From contig NW_026515676.1 of NCBI RefSeq assembly GCF_025526975.1, forward strand, positions 434,001 through 498,000: 64,000 nt of DNA, in the 5' to 3' direction. This DNA is from Fimicolochytrium jonesii. Lineage: Eukaryota. Under the pieces are notes generated by a model, which had not been told where the DNA came from, searched no databases, and saw only the letters and a program-made list of their open reading frames with translations. Below, one piece after another: positions 42,292-54,690 of this stretch (position 1 is its first letter; each line of letters begins with the position of its first letter). A program made the translations under genes and the position numbers.

Positions 42292-43030
42292 CTAAACCAT
42301 AAAGCTCTCCCCACACCCACACGTCTCCTTGACATTCGGGTTATTGAACACAAACTCCGAATGCAGCACATCATCCACGAAATCCATCTCGCTGCCAATA
42401 AGACTGAACAGAGCCTTGGAGTCCACGACCACTTTTACGCCGTCCTGCTCCACCACTTCGTCGAAGCGGCCGGGTGCGGCTACGTAGTCGAGGCTGTAGG
42501 AGAGGCCTGAGCAGCCGCGCTTTTTGGTGCCTACTTTCAGGTATTGTGGCTTTTCAGGGTTGGAGAGCATTCTGCGGAGGCGCTCGACTGCTCGTGGGGT
42601 CTACGGAAGTGAAGAGGGTGGGGTTTGGTTAGCACCTGGAGGAGCAGGTGAACGCACGGGAAGTCCCATCATGGATCAAACTTACGATTGTCAGTGCTGC
42701 TTTCCTCGGCGCAAACCTGGGAGCCGCAGCTGCTTTTCGGACGGAAGTTCCTGGCGGCAGATTCGTGGCAGACGTCGTGGTAGACGGCGCCGTTGCAGCG
42801 GTGCTGAGAGGCTGTGTCCTTGCACTTTGGGTGGCTTGTGATAGGGAAGATGCCTGCGACAGCGGCGGAGCGGGCGCTGACGGCCTGCTATGCAGAGAAC
42901 GGAATGATTGCGGTGTTGTGCGCAACGGGATCGCAGGTGTTTGTGGAACGAACCGCGAGTGACGGGCGGCTGATTGGATGCGACAGCGCAAACAGGTCGA
43001 TGGAGCGGATAATCGTAGTATTGGTGACAT
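42292..43030 (-). CDS. ISA1: Mitochondrial Fe-S cluster assembly protein, A-type
   Basis: RKAALTI|TPRAV, KRGCSGLSYSLDY and FNNPNVKETCGCGESF. Confidence 0.93.
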
Positions 43031-43440
43031 TATGTTGCGACTTTCGGTTCGGCGGTTCGATGGGCTCTGCTAGTCTCCTAAGTGCTCTCCCTGCAATCCC
43101 TCCTCCTCTAATTCTATCAGGTGTGATCGCGGACTTTAGCCCTGCGAGAATCGCAGACTGTTTGTGGTCGTTTTAGGCCGCGGTAAATTATGAAAATCGA
43201 TCAGACGAGTTCTAGAGAACGGTAAGTTCTGTCTCTATCTCTCTACTTGTTCTCCTGTGAGTGCTGTAAGTGTGTGGTGCCGGCTCGGGGATAGTACACT
43301 GCGTTTCGTTGGAGCGTCTGAGAATTGGCAGGGCGGTTTGAAGTCCCGAAAGTCGCCAGATCATGCGCGCCTCCAATCCGCCTGACTAATGGCGTGGCTT
43401 ATTACGCTCCGACACTATTGACACTCTCCTCCTAACGCTT

Positions 43441-43694
43441 GGAAGCGCTACCCCTTTGTGAACTCGCTACGACGTCAGTCTCGCAGGAGTGTCACTTCAA
43501 GCAGCCCAAATGCTCTGCCACACCTTTCGAGTGATTCTCGGTTGAAAGTCGCATCGAGCCCAGTCCATGTCATTCCAATCGATGTAGATGCCAGATATAT
43601 GTAGGACCCTAATTGCGGGGAAGCGCCACCCCTTTGTGAACTCGCTACGACGTCAGTCTCGCAGGAGTGTCGCTTCAAGCAGCCCAAATGCTCT
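43441..43694 (+). repeat. 76-bp direct repeat, 2 copies, 178-bp period
   Basis: 43441-43516 and 43619-43694 differ at only 2 positions. Confidence 0.9.
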
Positions 43695-44122
43695 CGACGC
43701 TAGCTCCTCTGATGAATATTTTTTGAACGCTGAAAATCCACTGGATGGACGACTCATCCCATCAAAATTCTCACAAAGGAGGACGCCCCAACAATGTTCG
43801 CTGAGTCTGACACAAGAAGCCTGCCATGCGTCGATAAGCCAAGAGGCATGGGGTGTGTGCAAACATGGACAAGGCCCGAACCTGAACCGAGGGAGTCGAG
43901 GATTGGATGTGGAAAGCGGAAAACGCAAACGCGTCGGGCCGTGCGTGTGCTTCCCTCCCCTCCCCACTTCCTCCCCACTTACTCAACTTCCCCTGGCCAA
44001 TCTGGCCCATTGCACGAAAAGTCAAGCACTTTCTCACGCAACAGCTGCCGCGTCGCTCAGGCCGCTGCACCGCAGTCGCAGAGATCTCGGCTCTTTCAAC
44101 ACTCTTAGGTTCCGAAACCACA

Positions 44123-45559
44123 ATGAGCAACAACATCACGAACTGGGCTTATCAGCAAGCGATCAAGCTTCTGAACCCGAACAGAAACGACGACCATACC
44201 GCCCAAGCTCCGGCCCCACAAGCCCCTCAAAAGCCGGAGATAAAGCGTCACAAGATTAGCCCAACTGATTTCCCCGAAACCCCAAGCCTCCCTGCCCTCT
44301 CGGTGGCCGGCGAAAAGAACAAGCAGCGGCTGAGACTACATCTACTAAACAATGAATTGGTACTGCTCGCCTGTCGCCTTGCCATAAAACCAGAGGAAAT
44401 GGAATACCGCCAATTCTTGGTCACCCAGATGCGCGGAATAGTCCTGGACTTCTGCAAGGCCCGAAACTTGGCGCAAGATGCAATCACGTTGAGAGTGGTT
44501 GGCTCACATGCCTTCAGTTTAGGCAGGCACAACAGCGGGCTGGATTTGGAGTTCAGGACCGACAATACTGGAGTGAAAGCTGAGCAAATGCTGGATTCGT
44601 TTAGCATGTGGATGAAGCATGGGGCCAATCAGACCGCGAATACCTTGCTCAACCTCAACAGAATGAGGAAGGGAGGTGACGGATTGCGCCCCTATGTTCA
44701 GGTACCAACCCGGTTCGGAGGTGTCAGCGTTTTTCTTCGCGTCAACGTCCCAAACGCGGCTGCCGCCGCTGCCAGCTTCCGAACCTACCTTAAACAGAAT
44801 CGCGAGGACTTGCAATATCCATTGATGTTGGTTCTCGCATACTACTTCGAGTCGCGCTTCTTCTTGGATCCCGAGGACGGTGGCATCAACATGTTCTGTC
44901 TTGCACATATGGTTGTGGCATCCGCACAGAGGGAACACCGACCCAAAAACCTAAACCTGTGCGATACGTTCATGGACTTCCTGCAGTTTTACTCGGGGGT
45001 GTACCAGGCACAATCCATGGCCATCTTCATCCGGCCAAACTTCGTCTTCGTTCACCGGAAACACACCGCGACCAACGCCAAACCCAAACCTCCCCCACCG
45101 GATCGCAAAAGTCTCACCAGCAAGCAGCCCATCCAGATCCTGGAACCTCACGACCCTGAAAACGACATGACGGCGGGCGCATGGCGATGGGAGGAAATGC
45201 GGTGCGAGCTCATGAGTATCTCCGTCATCGTCAAGGAGCGGTTGGAGCTGAACACCATTAGTGGCATCAACAGCAGCTTGACGAATGGGGTCTTGGGAGG
45301 GTTCATTCCGCCCCCGCCGCGGGTGGTGCAGGATTACCGAGACGCAGTGGCGAGGGTATGGGTGAAAGCCTGCACGCTTCACGATCCCAACACTCCGGAA
45401 TTTTTGACCTTCTTGGCCAGCGAAGCGCCGGTGGTCCCCATCACCCAATCTTCCGCCCAACCGCCTGTAAAAATCGAAACCATCTCCTTGATCTCGGATG
45501 ATGAGGCCGACGAAAATGATGGTCACCCTCTAGGCCCCGTCGGTGGAATGGCTCGATAG
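44123..45559 (+). CDS. Trf4/PAPD5-like non-canonical poly(A) polymerase homolog with a degenerate active site
   Basis: Collinear with the Trf4 core: KPEEMEYRQ, VVGSHAFSL...SGLDL, RPYVQ...VSVFLRVN, LMLVLAYYFESR, GGINMFCLAHMV, FMDFLQFYS and IQILEPHDPENDMT. Confidence 0.75.
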   Translation: MSNNITNWAYQQAIKLLNPNRNDDHTAQAPAPQAPQKPEIKRHKISPTDFPETPSLPALSVAGEKNKQRLRLHLLNNELVLLACRLAIKPEEMEYRQFLVTQMRGIVLDFCKARNLAQDAITLRVVGSHAFSLGRHNSGLDLEFRTDNTGVKAEQMLDSFSMWMKHGANQTANTLLNLNRMRKGGDGLRPYVQVPTRFGGVSVFLRVNVPNAAAAAASFRTYLKQNREDLQYPLMLVLAYYFESRFFLDPEDGGINMFCLAHMVVASAQREHRPKNLNLCDTFMDFLQFYSGVYQAQSMAIFIRPNFVFVHRKHTATNAKPKPPPPDRKSLTSKQPIQILEPHDPENDMTAGAWRWEEMRCELMSISVIVKERLELNTISGINSSLTNGVLGGFIPPPPRVVQDYRDAVARVWVKACTLHDPNTPEFLTFLASEAPVVPITQSSAQPPVKIETISLISDDEADENDGHPLGPVGGMAR

Positions 45560-46034
45560 TCCTAGTTCCTCCGTCGGTACATATATACCCGGTTCTTTGA
45601 TGTTTTAGTTTCGCCACTTCGCGCCCTCTCGCCGCCACGTATACTTGGAGAACCGGCCCGCGGTGGGAGGATGGTCGCTGTTGCGGCGGACCCCTTCTGT
45701 TTGTTTTTGGCGTTACCCTGTGTGTTTGTATATGTCAATGAATGATAGTTGTAAATATATGAACCCATATCCGAGCGTAGAATACCCGAATCTGCCATCT
45801 CAACTCGAAGTCGCTTTGAAATCGTCAGAATGTAAAAGCCCGCAAATGATACCATTAAAGATGCTATGTACAAATGGAAAATGAAATGGAGAAAGGCCTT
45901 GGAGTGGAGAGAAAGGACGGTGAATACGCCGTAAAATGGGGTTGCGTGGATATATAGAGACAGTCCTACAACGGCTAAATGATTATCGATCAAAAGAAGT
46001 ATTTGCATGAAGAAAGAAAGAAAGGGTATGTCAA

Positions 46035-48738
46035 TCACCGCCAAGGTGACTGGGTCGAATACTGAAGTTGCGAATGCGAAAGTCGTTGCTGCAGGTCCAA
46101 TTCATCGTGCGCTTGTTGAGTTTCATTGGGCGGCGTGACCGAGAAATACGAGAGATGCGAGATGTGCCGTGATGGCGGGGATGGGTAGGTGAGGGTGGTA
46201 GTGTCTGATCGTTGGCTGGATAGTGACGCCCGCGTGACGGTGCTCGGGAGCAAGGCGAGAGGCAAACCACCGGACTCTTCTTCGTCTTTCAGTACCGTCG
46301 TTCCTCGAGACAAGCTCGTTAACGATGAGTTGGTCAGGAGGTCGTCGATGTTGGTATGAGAGCCGTCCGTCCTGCCCCTATGATGACTGCTCTTGACGAT
46401 GAACGGGTTCGTCAACGAGCCGTCCAACCCCGCCGCACGCGACATTTCCCTCCCGGCCGCTCTAACAGGCCACGCCAACCCCTCGACCGGCTTCCCCGCC
46501 ATGGGCCCGTCAAACGCATATGGCAAATGCGGCTGATTCTCCGCCTGCACATCAATCTCGTACTCCGGATCCAGTAGGGAATTTCTCGCAGCCGTAGGCG
46601 ATCGGTATGTGCGTCGTCTATTCGCGACAGCGGTGGAGATGGGACATGCCGGCCGTACGTCTTTGCGCCTCTGCCGTCGCCGTTCGCGACTCAGATTGAA
46701 CCAGCGGGATCTCCGTATTCGGAAAAATTCCTTCCATTCCGCGAGGATGGCTTTGCGAAAACCGAATATTATAAATGTCCACGTCCCGAGGAGGCCGGGA
46801 ATCATCTCGGCCAGGATGAGGAGACGGAGGGATGTGACAGAAGGTCTGGTGAACGGGCGTATGAGTATTTCTTTTAGCTTGATGCTATGAATCTTCGACA
46901 GAGCCACTCACGTGATTATAGGTGAGCATTTTTCTTGGGAGCCCCCTGGACTTAGTATGCAAGTTAACCAGCTGACTTTGGTATCCATCGATATCTTCTG
47001 CGGAATGGCATCCTGCACGTAGAAATACTACGAACCCAACCATAGCGTCAGCAAGTCCCATTTTTTTCTGAAGCTACGGTGTTCTGCAGACGGACACGTA
47101 CCCAATAGTAAGCGAAACTCGCAAGGTAGACCGTCACCAGCGCCATACTCCTCCAACTCGTCTTCCACAGCTGTAACACTCGTCGTCTCGTTCCGCTGGT
47201 CCCGTCCCAACTCCCCGTAATCGTTTCGGAAGGTATGAAGATAGCGTGGCGGTCGGCAAGGAATGCGATTTTGCATACGTACATCAGAGTCGACGCGTGC
47301 AGGAGAACGCCCAAACCAATAACGGGAAGATAGGGATAGAAGAAGATGATCAGTGCCCGCCGGTGTTTGAGAAAACACGCTGACCCAAACTCGTAGGAGA
47401 TTTCGGTCAAGTCGAGGGCGACGACAGTCATGACCATAGGGATGGCCCAGCTGATCGGGCCGATGTATTTGAAGTTTCGCGAAATGATGTCGGAGTTCCA
47501 AACGGTTTTGCAATGTAGGTTGAGCAGTACCGCGGAACAGGTACATATACATGCACCACTACCAAAGACGTTCATTGCACCTGGAACAACACGAGGGAAG
47601 GAATCGTTGAGAATACTCCGTTTTTGTCTGCAACAATACCAGTACCCATCACCAGCCCACCTTGAACAGTGCAGCTTAAATTATTCGACTGATCCGATTG
47701 AGTTATTCCATCTGCAGCACATTGCGTTTCCAACCTTCGACCCAAGCTGATAAAGCTCGCCACGCAGAACAGAAACATCGCCACCACAAACGACTGCAGT
47801 ATCCTCAACGCTTCACTCGGCATCTGACGAGCAATCAAAAGCGAGCAGAGCAGGATGAAGGCCAGGATTGCCGATAATCCGCGCATCGTATCGGTCACAT
47901 TTAGCACTCTCCCGATCTTGTTCGGGGGGAAGAGCTGCTCCATGTGAGGGCAGCGCATGCAGCAGGCACCCAGACATATTTGATTCTTCAGGCATGGCCC
48001 ATTGGGTACGGGATTTCGAACTAGAGGTTCCGGGCAGCCCACATCTACCATTGTCCTGTTATCAAGGACCTGTTTTCGCGGGCTGCATTGCGATACGTCG
48101 GTAGACCATGGGATCGATGTCCCTGGCATGTCCGCGTTGCATTGGGGAATTCGGTAGGTCAAATTGTAAGCGGCAAATAATTCGTCACATGAAGTTTTCA
48201 CACGCTCGCAGTCTGCGATGATATAAACGTTGAGTCTGCGATAATCTGAGGTTGAGGTTGACCGCTCGCTATACCTGATTTGCAAGGCGGATTTGCGATA
48301 GTTCCTATTGTTTTTGTCAAACATTCAGCGATCTATCAAGGGAAATTGCCGATACCGAGCAGAACCCTCACCATTCGCCGCACATTCCGGAAACGCCAAA
48401 GCACAGTGGAGCCCGAAGAAGGCGTCGAAGCACGACGGAAAAGGCGCCAAAGCCGTCTCCAGCACATAGTCGACGCCAGAAGCTATGAGTAGCTTCTCGG
48501 TATCACCCACGGTGGGCAGTTTCGGCCGTACTGGGTAGTTGATAACGTGTCTGCATACCCCGTCTGCGAGGTCATAGGTGGAGCAAGCTTTGAAGTGGAA
48601 ATGGGCGGAGGACGCGGTAAGCAAGGAATCGCTTGGAGATGACAACGCCGTTGTTGGCATGACTATTTCCAACTCACCTTGAGCGCTCGCTGCAGTGACC
48701 AACCCGCTTGCCACGAGCGTCCAGATCCAGGTCCGCAT
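46035..48738 (-). CDS. Frizzled/Smoothened-like receptor: signal peptide, Cys-rich Fz-type domain, multi-pass TM region
   Basis: Signal peptide MRTWIWTLVASGLVTAASAQ. Cys-rich domain C..YDLADGVC..INYPV...CFDAFFGLHCALAFPEC...C. Then linker CPEPL...CLGACCMRCP, SCTVQG, SWAIP and PGLLGTWTFIIFG, with several hydrophobic segments. Confidence 0.75.
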
Positions 48739-49559
48739 TGGCCATCCACACGCTACGTTTCGACAACTTTTCCACCACGCAATGGCGCATGGAGAGAGTG
48801 TTCGTGGGAGCTTTGTTCGTCAGTCGCCGCCGTATTTCTTTTTTTTCCGTCCTCGAGAGCACAAGTGAGGGACATATATGCGCCAGGGCATAGATTAATT
48901 CTGTGTGCGCACATGGAGTAATGCAGATGACTGCGCAGGTACAACCCCAATCCTTGATTACTTGGGACGGTGACATAGTCAGATCTAAGCGGATTGCACA
49001 TGTACTCGTGTTAGGGGTTAGGTACGCTTGCCAGATAACATTGCCCTCTGTCCCGATGCCGAGACATGGCCGCGGGGATCCTACCGTAGCCACATCCCCA
49101 GGACCTGTTTGGCACTGAATTTGCATCATGAGGTTGCTGCCTGATGATGAGAAGGAAAGAAGGCTACGAAGGAAGGCCTCCTCGAATCGGGCCAGAGAAA
49201 TTTTGGGCATGTTTGACCGACTTCGTACAATTCGTACACAATGATAAGGGGTGAACTACGAGGGGTATGTGAAGAAAGGGAGAGCTCATGTTCATTTTAT
49301 AGTGTTGACGCACTGTGTGATGTGTTTGTTTGTGGCAAAGGCGTCCCTAAGCCGACGTTGTGTGATGTGTGTAAGGTCGGTTCTTGCGTTGGTAAGGTTG
49401 GTTCGCCGCGCGTGATGTGATGTACAGTAGTTTACTTCGCTATTGGCAGCGGTGTGGTTGATATTGAACGGTTCTTGCGGCGTCGCACGTGTGATATGAT
49501 ATGAGATGATCGGTTCTTGCATCATCGCGCTGGTCTGGTGCGTTTATGCTGCTCGTCTC

Positions 49560-50850
49560 CGTATCCACAAAGACTGTGGATGAGCTTTACGCCATCGTTT
49601 GTAGGCAGGCGTGTATCGAAGTGCGGATTCGGGTTCCCATGTAGGGTCAGGATAGCCGGTCCATTTACTAGAAGATTTCGTACGGCGCGTCGCTTGTCGA
49701 TGATATCCTCTACAACCCATTCAGGTTGTCCGCGTTCTTCGATTGGTTCAGGAGGTTGTGAAACAGCACGTTGCGGGTATTCCTCTAAGCGATGTGGTCA
49801 TAAAATATCGACGTGAAAGACAGGCCAGATGCCGATGATCTTTGATGGTGATAAATCGAGTTCGTAGGTATCGGGATGCGTTCCTAGCGCGATAATTTTG
49901 AATGGTCCGATCCATGTAGCTGAGAATCTAAGTCCTCTTCATTGGTCAACTTCTAGGTTGATTCCTTGTCGATTTAAATCCACAAGGTTGCCGATTTTGT
50001 ATGCAATTGGCGTTTGACCGTTGTCGTGTTGACGTGCGAATTGATCTTGCGATCTCTGAAGGTTTTCGCGTACGATACAGGCGATGTCTTCTTGCCCTCT
50101 CTTGTAGGGTTTGATTTCGTTTTGATCTACAGCTCAAAGCTTGAGTTCTTGTCCTTTGAGTGTTGGATTCCAACCCGGTAGGATTGGAGAGCGTCCGAGA
50201 TGTACTTTGAATGGCAATAAACCTTCATATTCCCCCTTGGAGCGGTGTTGTATGCGAATTTGACTAGGGGCAATAGCTTAGTCCAATTGGTTTTTTCGTA
50301 ATTGAGGTATTCCTTCCAAATCCTTTTCAGGGTTTGGATGGCTCACTCAACTTTGCCGTCAGTCTGCTGATGTTGAGCCGTAGCATTTAACACTGAGGAG
50401 AATATCAAACGCGAGGAAGAAGTCGGAGAGTGTGCGAGGTTTGCGATCCGTAACGAAGACTTTTGGCATACCAACATGTTTCCATACGTGACCTAAGAAA
50501 GCTTGGGCTAGTTCGCATCCAGTGATAGCTTTCTTGATCGGCGTCAGGATCACACGTCCGGAAAGGTAATCGATGCAAACGAGACAAGAATTTATCTTGT
50601 CTATGGTGGAAATATCGAATCTGACCGTGTGCCATCTTCCCAGAGGAATAGGAAGAGGTGGAAGAAATCTGTATCGACGGTGACCAGGTTTGAATTGTCG
50701 ACAGGATTTGCAAGTTCCAACGTACATGAGAACGTCGGAGCGGACGGTAGGCCAGTAGTATTCCGTAAGAATTCAGTTGGCTCGAATTGACGGCCCGCCA
50801 GATTATTGACGCGCTGTCGAGTTTTTCGTTTTTCGACAGCCTCTGCCCTT
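49560..50850 (-). mobile_element. Degenerate Ty3/Gypsy (chromovirus) integrase-chromodomain relic
   Basis: YYWPTVRSDV..YVGTCKSC, PLPIPLGRWHTVRFD, GMPKVFVTDR, FAYNT, WIGPFKI, PVFHVD and EWVVEDIIDKR, broken by stops and frameshifts. Confidence 0.85.
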
Positions 50851-51869
50851 CCACTTGCTTTCTTACTTAAAACTTAGACCCATCCCACTCACCGGAGACG
50901 CACACTCTCATTGCCAAATCGTCCCTTAATTGCTCAGGGGATAAGAATATTATGGGGGACCAGCGCTTGCAGTATGGGTCGTACTCAAACTTCGGCGAGC
51001 GCCTGAGTCCGGGGCTCAAACCTGTCAGTCGTCCCTCACATATTCCCACGGGCCAACATGACTCAATTGCCTGGGAAACCAGACTCATACGTAGAGATTC
51101 TTAAGTAGAGGGAAGCAATATACGAGAGGAACAGGATTCCGGGGTCGATATGCGTCTTACAAATACAGGTTTTCGCCCTTGTTCACGTCCTCCCGCAAGA
51201 AACTGCATATGTCAGGCACAGTATTGGGAAGACGAACTCTGTGACTGCCAGACACAAGAGAAAAGGAAATCCATTGAGAAGCGGACTTGGAAGAAAGCAT
51301 CAAGAAAAAAGGTCCCAGGGTGCTTGGGAAATGTTTCCCTTGCAGCAAAGCCGCGCGTCAATTTCCACCCCCGTCCCCCCACTCTGCATAACCCCCCATC
51401 GGTCCCCGTTTCTGTCTGTACATGTACGTAGTAACAAGCCGATTATAAGGTACAGCCGTCGAACAGCACAGCACAGCACTGCACTGCATTTTTGCTTCTC
51501 TCGGTTCCCCTTGTTGCCCCTCCCGGTGAGACTTGCTCAGCTCTTCCCTCTCCTCCCGTTACCTCTCAAAACCCAGATTTCCCACGCTCAGACCGTTTTA
51601 ACGTTTTCCTCCTTACCAACAGCACACACTCGCTCTCACAGTCTCAAAGAGCTGCAGCTACTGCCGTCCTCACTCTCCACACTCTACTCACCTATCTTAA
51701 GTCGCAACACCTTTCTACGGTCAGTCCCGGTGGTTTGGCGTCTGCCTCTCAGCTGTCAAATATTCGTGTGAAAACCCGTTTCAAGACGTTGAGCCGTTGC
51801 GTTTGGGTTGAACCTGAAGTTAAACTCATCGTCGTTCTCCTTCCAACCTTCTATGCCCTGTTTTTATAG

Positions 51870-54192
51870 ATGAGCGGTTGGGAGGACGAGCCTGCATCTG
51901 CCGAAAGCGCTGGTTGGGATATCAAGGAACCCGAGCCTTCGTCTGCTCCTCAAGCCTCTGACGAAACTACCAACGAAACCCCCTACGGCCAAAGTTCCGG
52001 AAACGACTATGGCAGTGGCGGCAATGATTACGGCGGCGGCGACTTCGGTGGCGGTGGTGGTGGCGAAGGGAGAGCCTGTCGTCGCTGCCATCAAGAAGGT
52101 ATGTACGCGAAAAGCTGTGCTCGTCGAATCTCGGTACAGCTCAGCAAGGTCCACGGTGTTCATCCACTTCGCCTCTTCTCCCAGGCCACATGGCTGCCGA
52201 ATGCACTGAGCCGGACACCAGACCTTGCCATAATTGCGGAGAAGTCGGGCACCAGTCCCGCGAATGCCCTCAGCCACGCAAGCCTCGTGAAGGCGAAAGT
52301 TGCCGTCGGTGCGGTTCCCTTCAGCATGTGAACAGGGATTGCCCTCTCAAGAACGTTCCCAAGGAAGGCCAAGGTTGCTACGATTGTGGCAGGTAAGTCT
52401 AAAATCTATCCCAATCTGCTAACATTTCTTCTGCTCCCACGTTCCATACTGACACCATCAATCCATTTCCCGAATGCAGTACTACGCACTTCCCTCGCGA
52501 CTGTCCTATGCGCAAGGCTCCTGAAGAACCCGCGGACCCCGCAGTTCTCGACGATCTGTGGGGGAAAGTTAAAGCTACCGACAAAACCGGCGAATTTGAC
52601 GATGTCAAGGCCGCCATCCTCGCATATGTCAAGGCCGATCGCGCCCATATTACCTGGCTCGACGTTGAGGAGAAGTTGCGGGAATCTGGATGCAGGTGCG
52701 ATGCATACAACTTCAAGTCCATTTCGACGATTAGACTCACACTGATGCAATACTGTAGGACTCATATTTTGGCCGAAGGTCCTCGAATGCTTCCTCCCTC
52801 GAAGGAACTTGCCGACAACAAGGGCGATGGCAACAAGAAGTACGAGGTTGTCATTGTTCGCAACGCTCGTCAGCTTAAAATGAAACTCAAGGTACGAATA
52901 TGCGCCGCCCCTGTCCGATTCTATAGCCGTACTCACAAGGTGTGATTGCTTCATCGTAGGACGAGTCTGCGATTGAAAAGAACAAGGAGAACCTCCAGGA
53001 CGCTGGAATGATTCGCGAGAGACTCCGCAATGAAGAAAACCGCAAGTACGAGTTGCCCGAATGGGCCATGGATCTCCTCACTGCCGACCAGAAGAACATG
53101 GCCTTGAACAACTGCCTCCGCTGCGGTAAGGAAAGGCGACCCCTTTCGCGCTTGCGATTCCTAGATTCTCATCAACTGTCCCGCTCCGTTCACTTTTAGG
53201 CAACTCCGAGCACAAAACCAAAGACTGCACCGAGGAGAGAGCTACCGATGATGAAAAAAAGAAGTTGGCCGCCTGCTTCAAGGTATGTATTCTACAAAGG
53301 CACCTCTGGCGCCGGGCATCGGCACTCATTAATCCCGTTCGCTCGTATCCTCCTTTGTAAATAGTGTGGAAATGAGGGTCACAGCTTCCGGAACTGCCCT
53401 GCGCCCAATCGTAAGTGCACTATGGTTGCATCAATGATGGCATGGTGGAAGCCAACCTCATCTCAATTCCTTTACAGCGGAGTTCGCCTGCAAGCGTTGC
53501 CAAGGCTATGGTCACCGCAGCAAGGAATGCTCCCAGCCCGACACCCGCGAGCCGTGAGTAGAACGATCTCGCATCCCCAGCGTTATGCGATTCTGGGCTG
53601 ACTAACATATATCAATCACAGCATGAAGTGTCGTCGTTGCGGTGAAGAAGGTACGAACGACTTGATTCCTAACGGCATATGGGTGCAACTCGTAGCCCAA
53701 AACAGTCGAATGGAAGCTGACCCCTTGGCAACTCCTTAGGCCACAAGAGCTCCGAATGTGAAGCACCGGACACTCGTACTTGCAACAATTGCGGTGAACC
53801 TGGTCACATGCGCAGTGACTGCCCCAACCCGCCCAAGGGTCGCCCCTGCCACAAGTGAGTCCATCACGTTTCCTGAGCGGCAAAAGTTTCCTCATTGACC
53901 GTTTTTTACACTCCACCATACCAGCTGCGGTCAAGAAGGGCATATCTCTCGCGAATGTCAAGAGCCCAAAGTGTTCCGTTGCCGTAAATGCAACCAGCCA
54001 GGTAAGGTTCTTCTCCGAACACTACCTACGGGTGCTTGGTTACTCAAAAAGTTTTCTTCCCACCAATATCTAGGCCACAGGGAGCGTGAATGCCCCGGCG
54101 AGGTCCCTGCCGACACCGACACTGGTGCCGTCCCCATGGACACCGCCTACCCCGCTGAGCAAGTTGTCGGTGGTGGTGATGGCGGCTGGTGA
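51870..54192 (+). CDS. Multi-CCHC zinc-knuckle nucleic-acid-binding protein (about 12 exons, 11 knuckles; resembles fungal CnjB-like proteins)
   Basis: Repeated CX2CX4HX4C, often split by introns (CRRCHQEGHMAAEC, CHNCGEVGHQSREC ... CRKCNQPGHREREC). A helical insert lies between knuckles 4 and 5, and a 3' splice site abuts the ATG. Confidence 0.88.
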
Positions 54193-54690
54193 TTGCAAGA
54201 AGTTCCCAGTTGGCAACTGGCCATTTAAAAAAATCTCGTTTCAATCATACCAAATAGCTCCTTCTGTATTTCTCGCGTTTTTCTTTCGTATCCTTCGAGG
54301 CCTGTCGCCCAGGATATCTCGTTTCCTTTTTCCTGCTAGTACTGCAAATGTTGCTTCAACTCCCCGGCCCGTTCATAGGTCCTCCCTTCTCTCCCACATG
54401 CTGCTTTCGAAACATTGTGAAAAGTATTCTCGAGCACTGTCAATGCTGTCAAATGTTTGTCCATCACGTGATTGTCGATTCACGTAAAGGCGAAACAGCA
54501 TGTCCCGCTTTTCGGCTTTTTCGCAGTTTGGTCGTTGGGACATTTAGCACTGACCTGACGGACTGGTTTATCGCAAACGGTCAAAACGTCCAGGATACAA
54601 GTAACTCGGTCAAGTAGCAGATAGAGTAGGGGGTCCGGCTATTTGTAAGAGGAAAGTTCGCTGCGAAAAATAAAGTATATTATACCGGCC

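Noticed and set aside
43441..43694. CRISPR-like repeat-spacer arrangement
   Set aside because: Only two 76-bp units, eukaryotic context, and no cas genes.
49011..49022. ttaggggttagg telomere-like motif
   Set aside because: Too short and imperfect to distinguish from chance.
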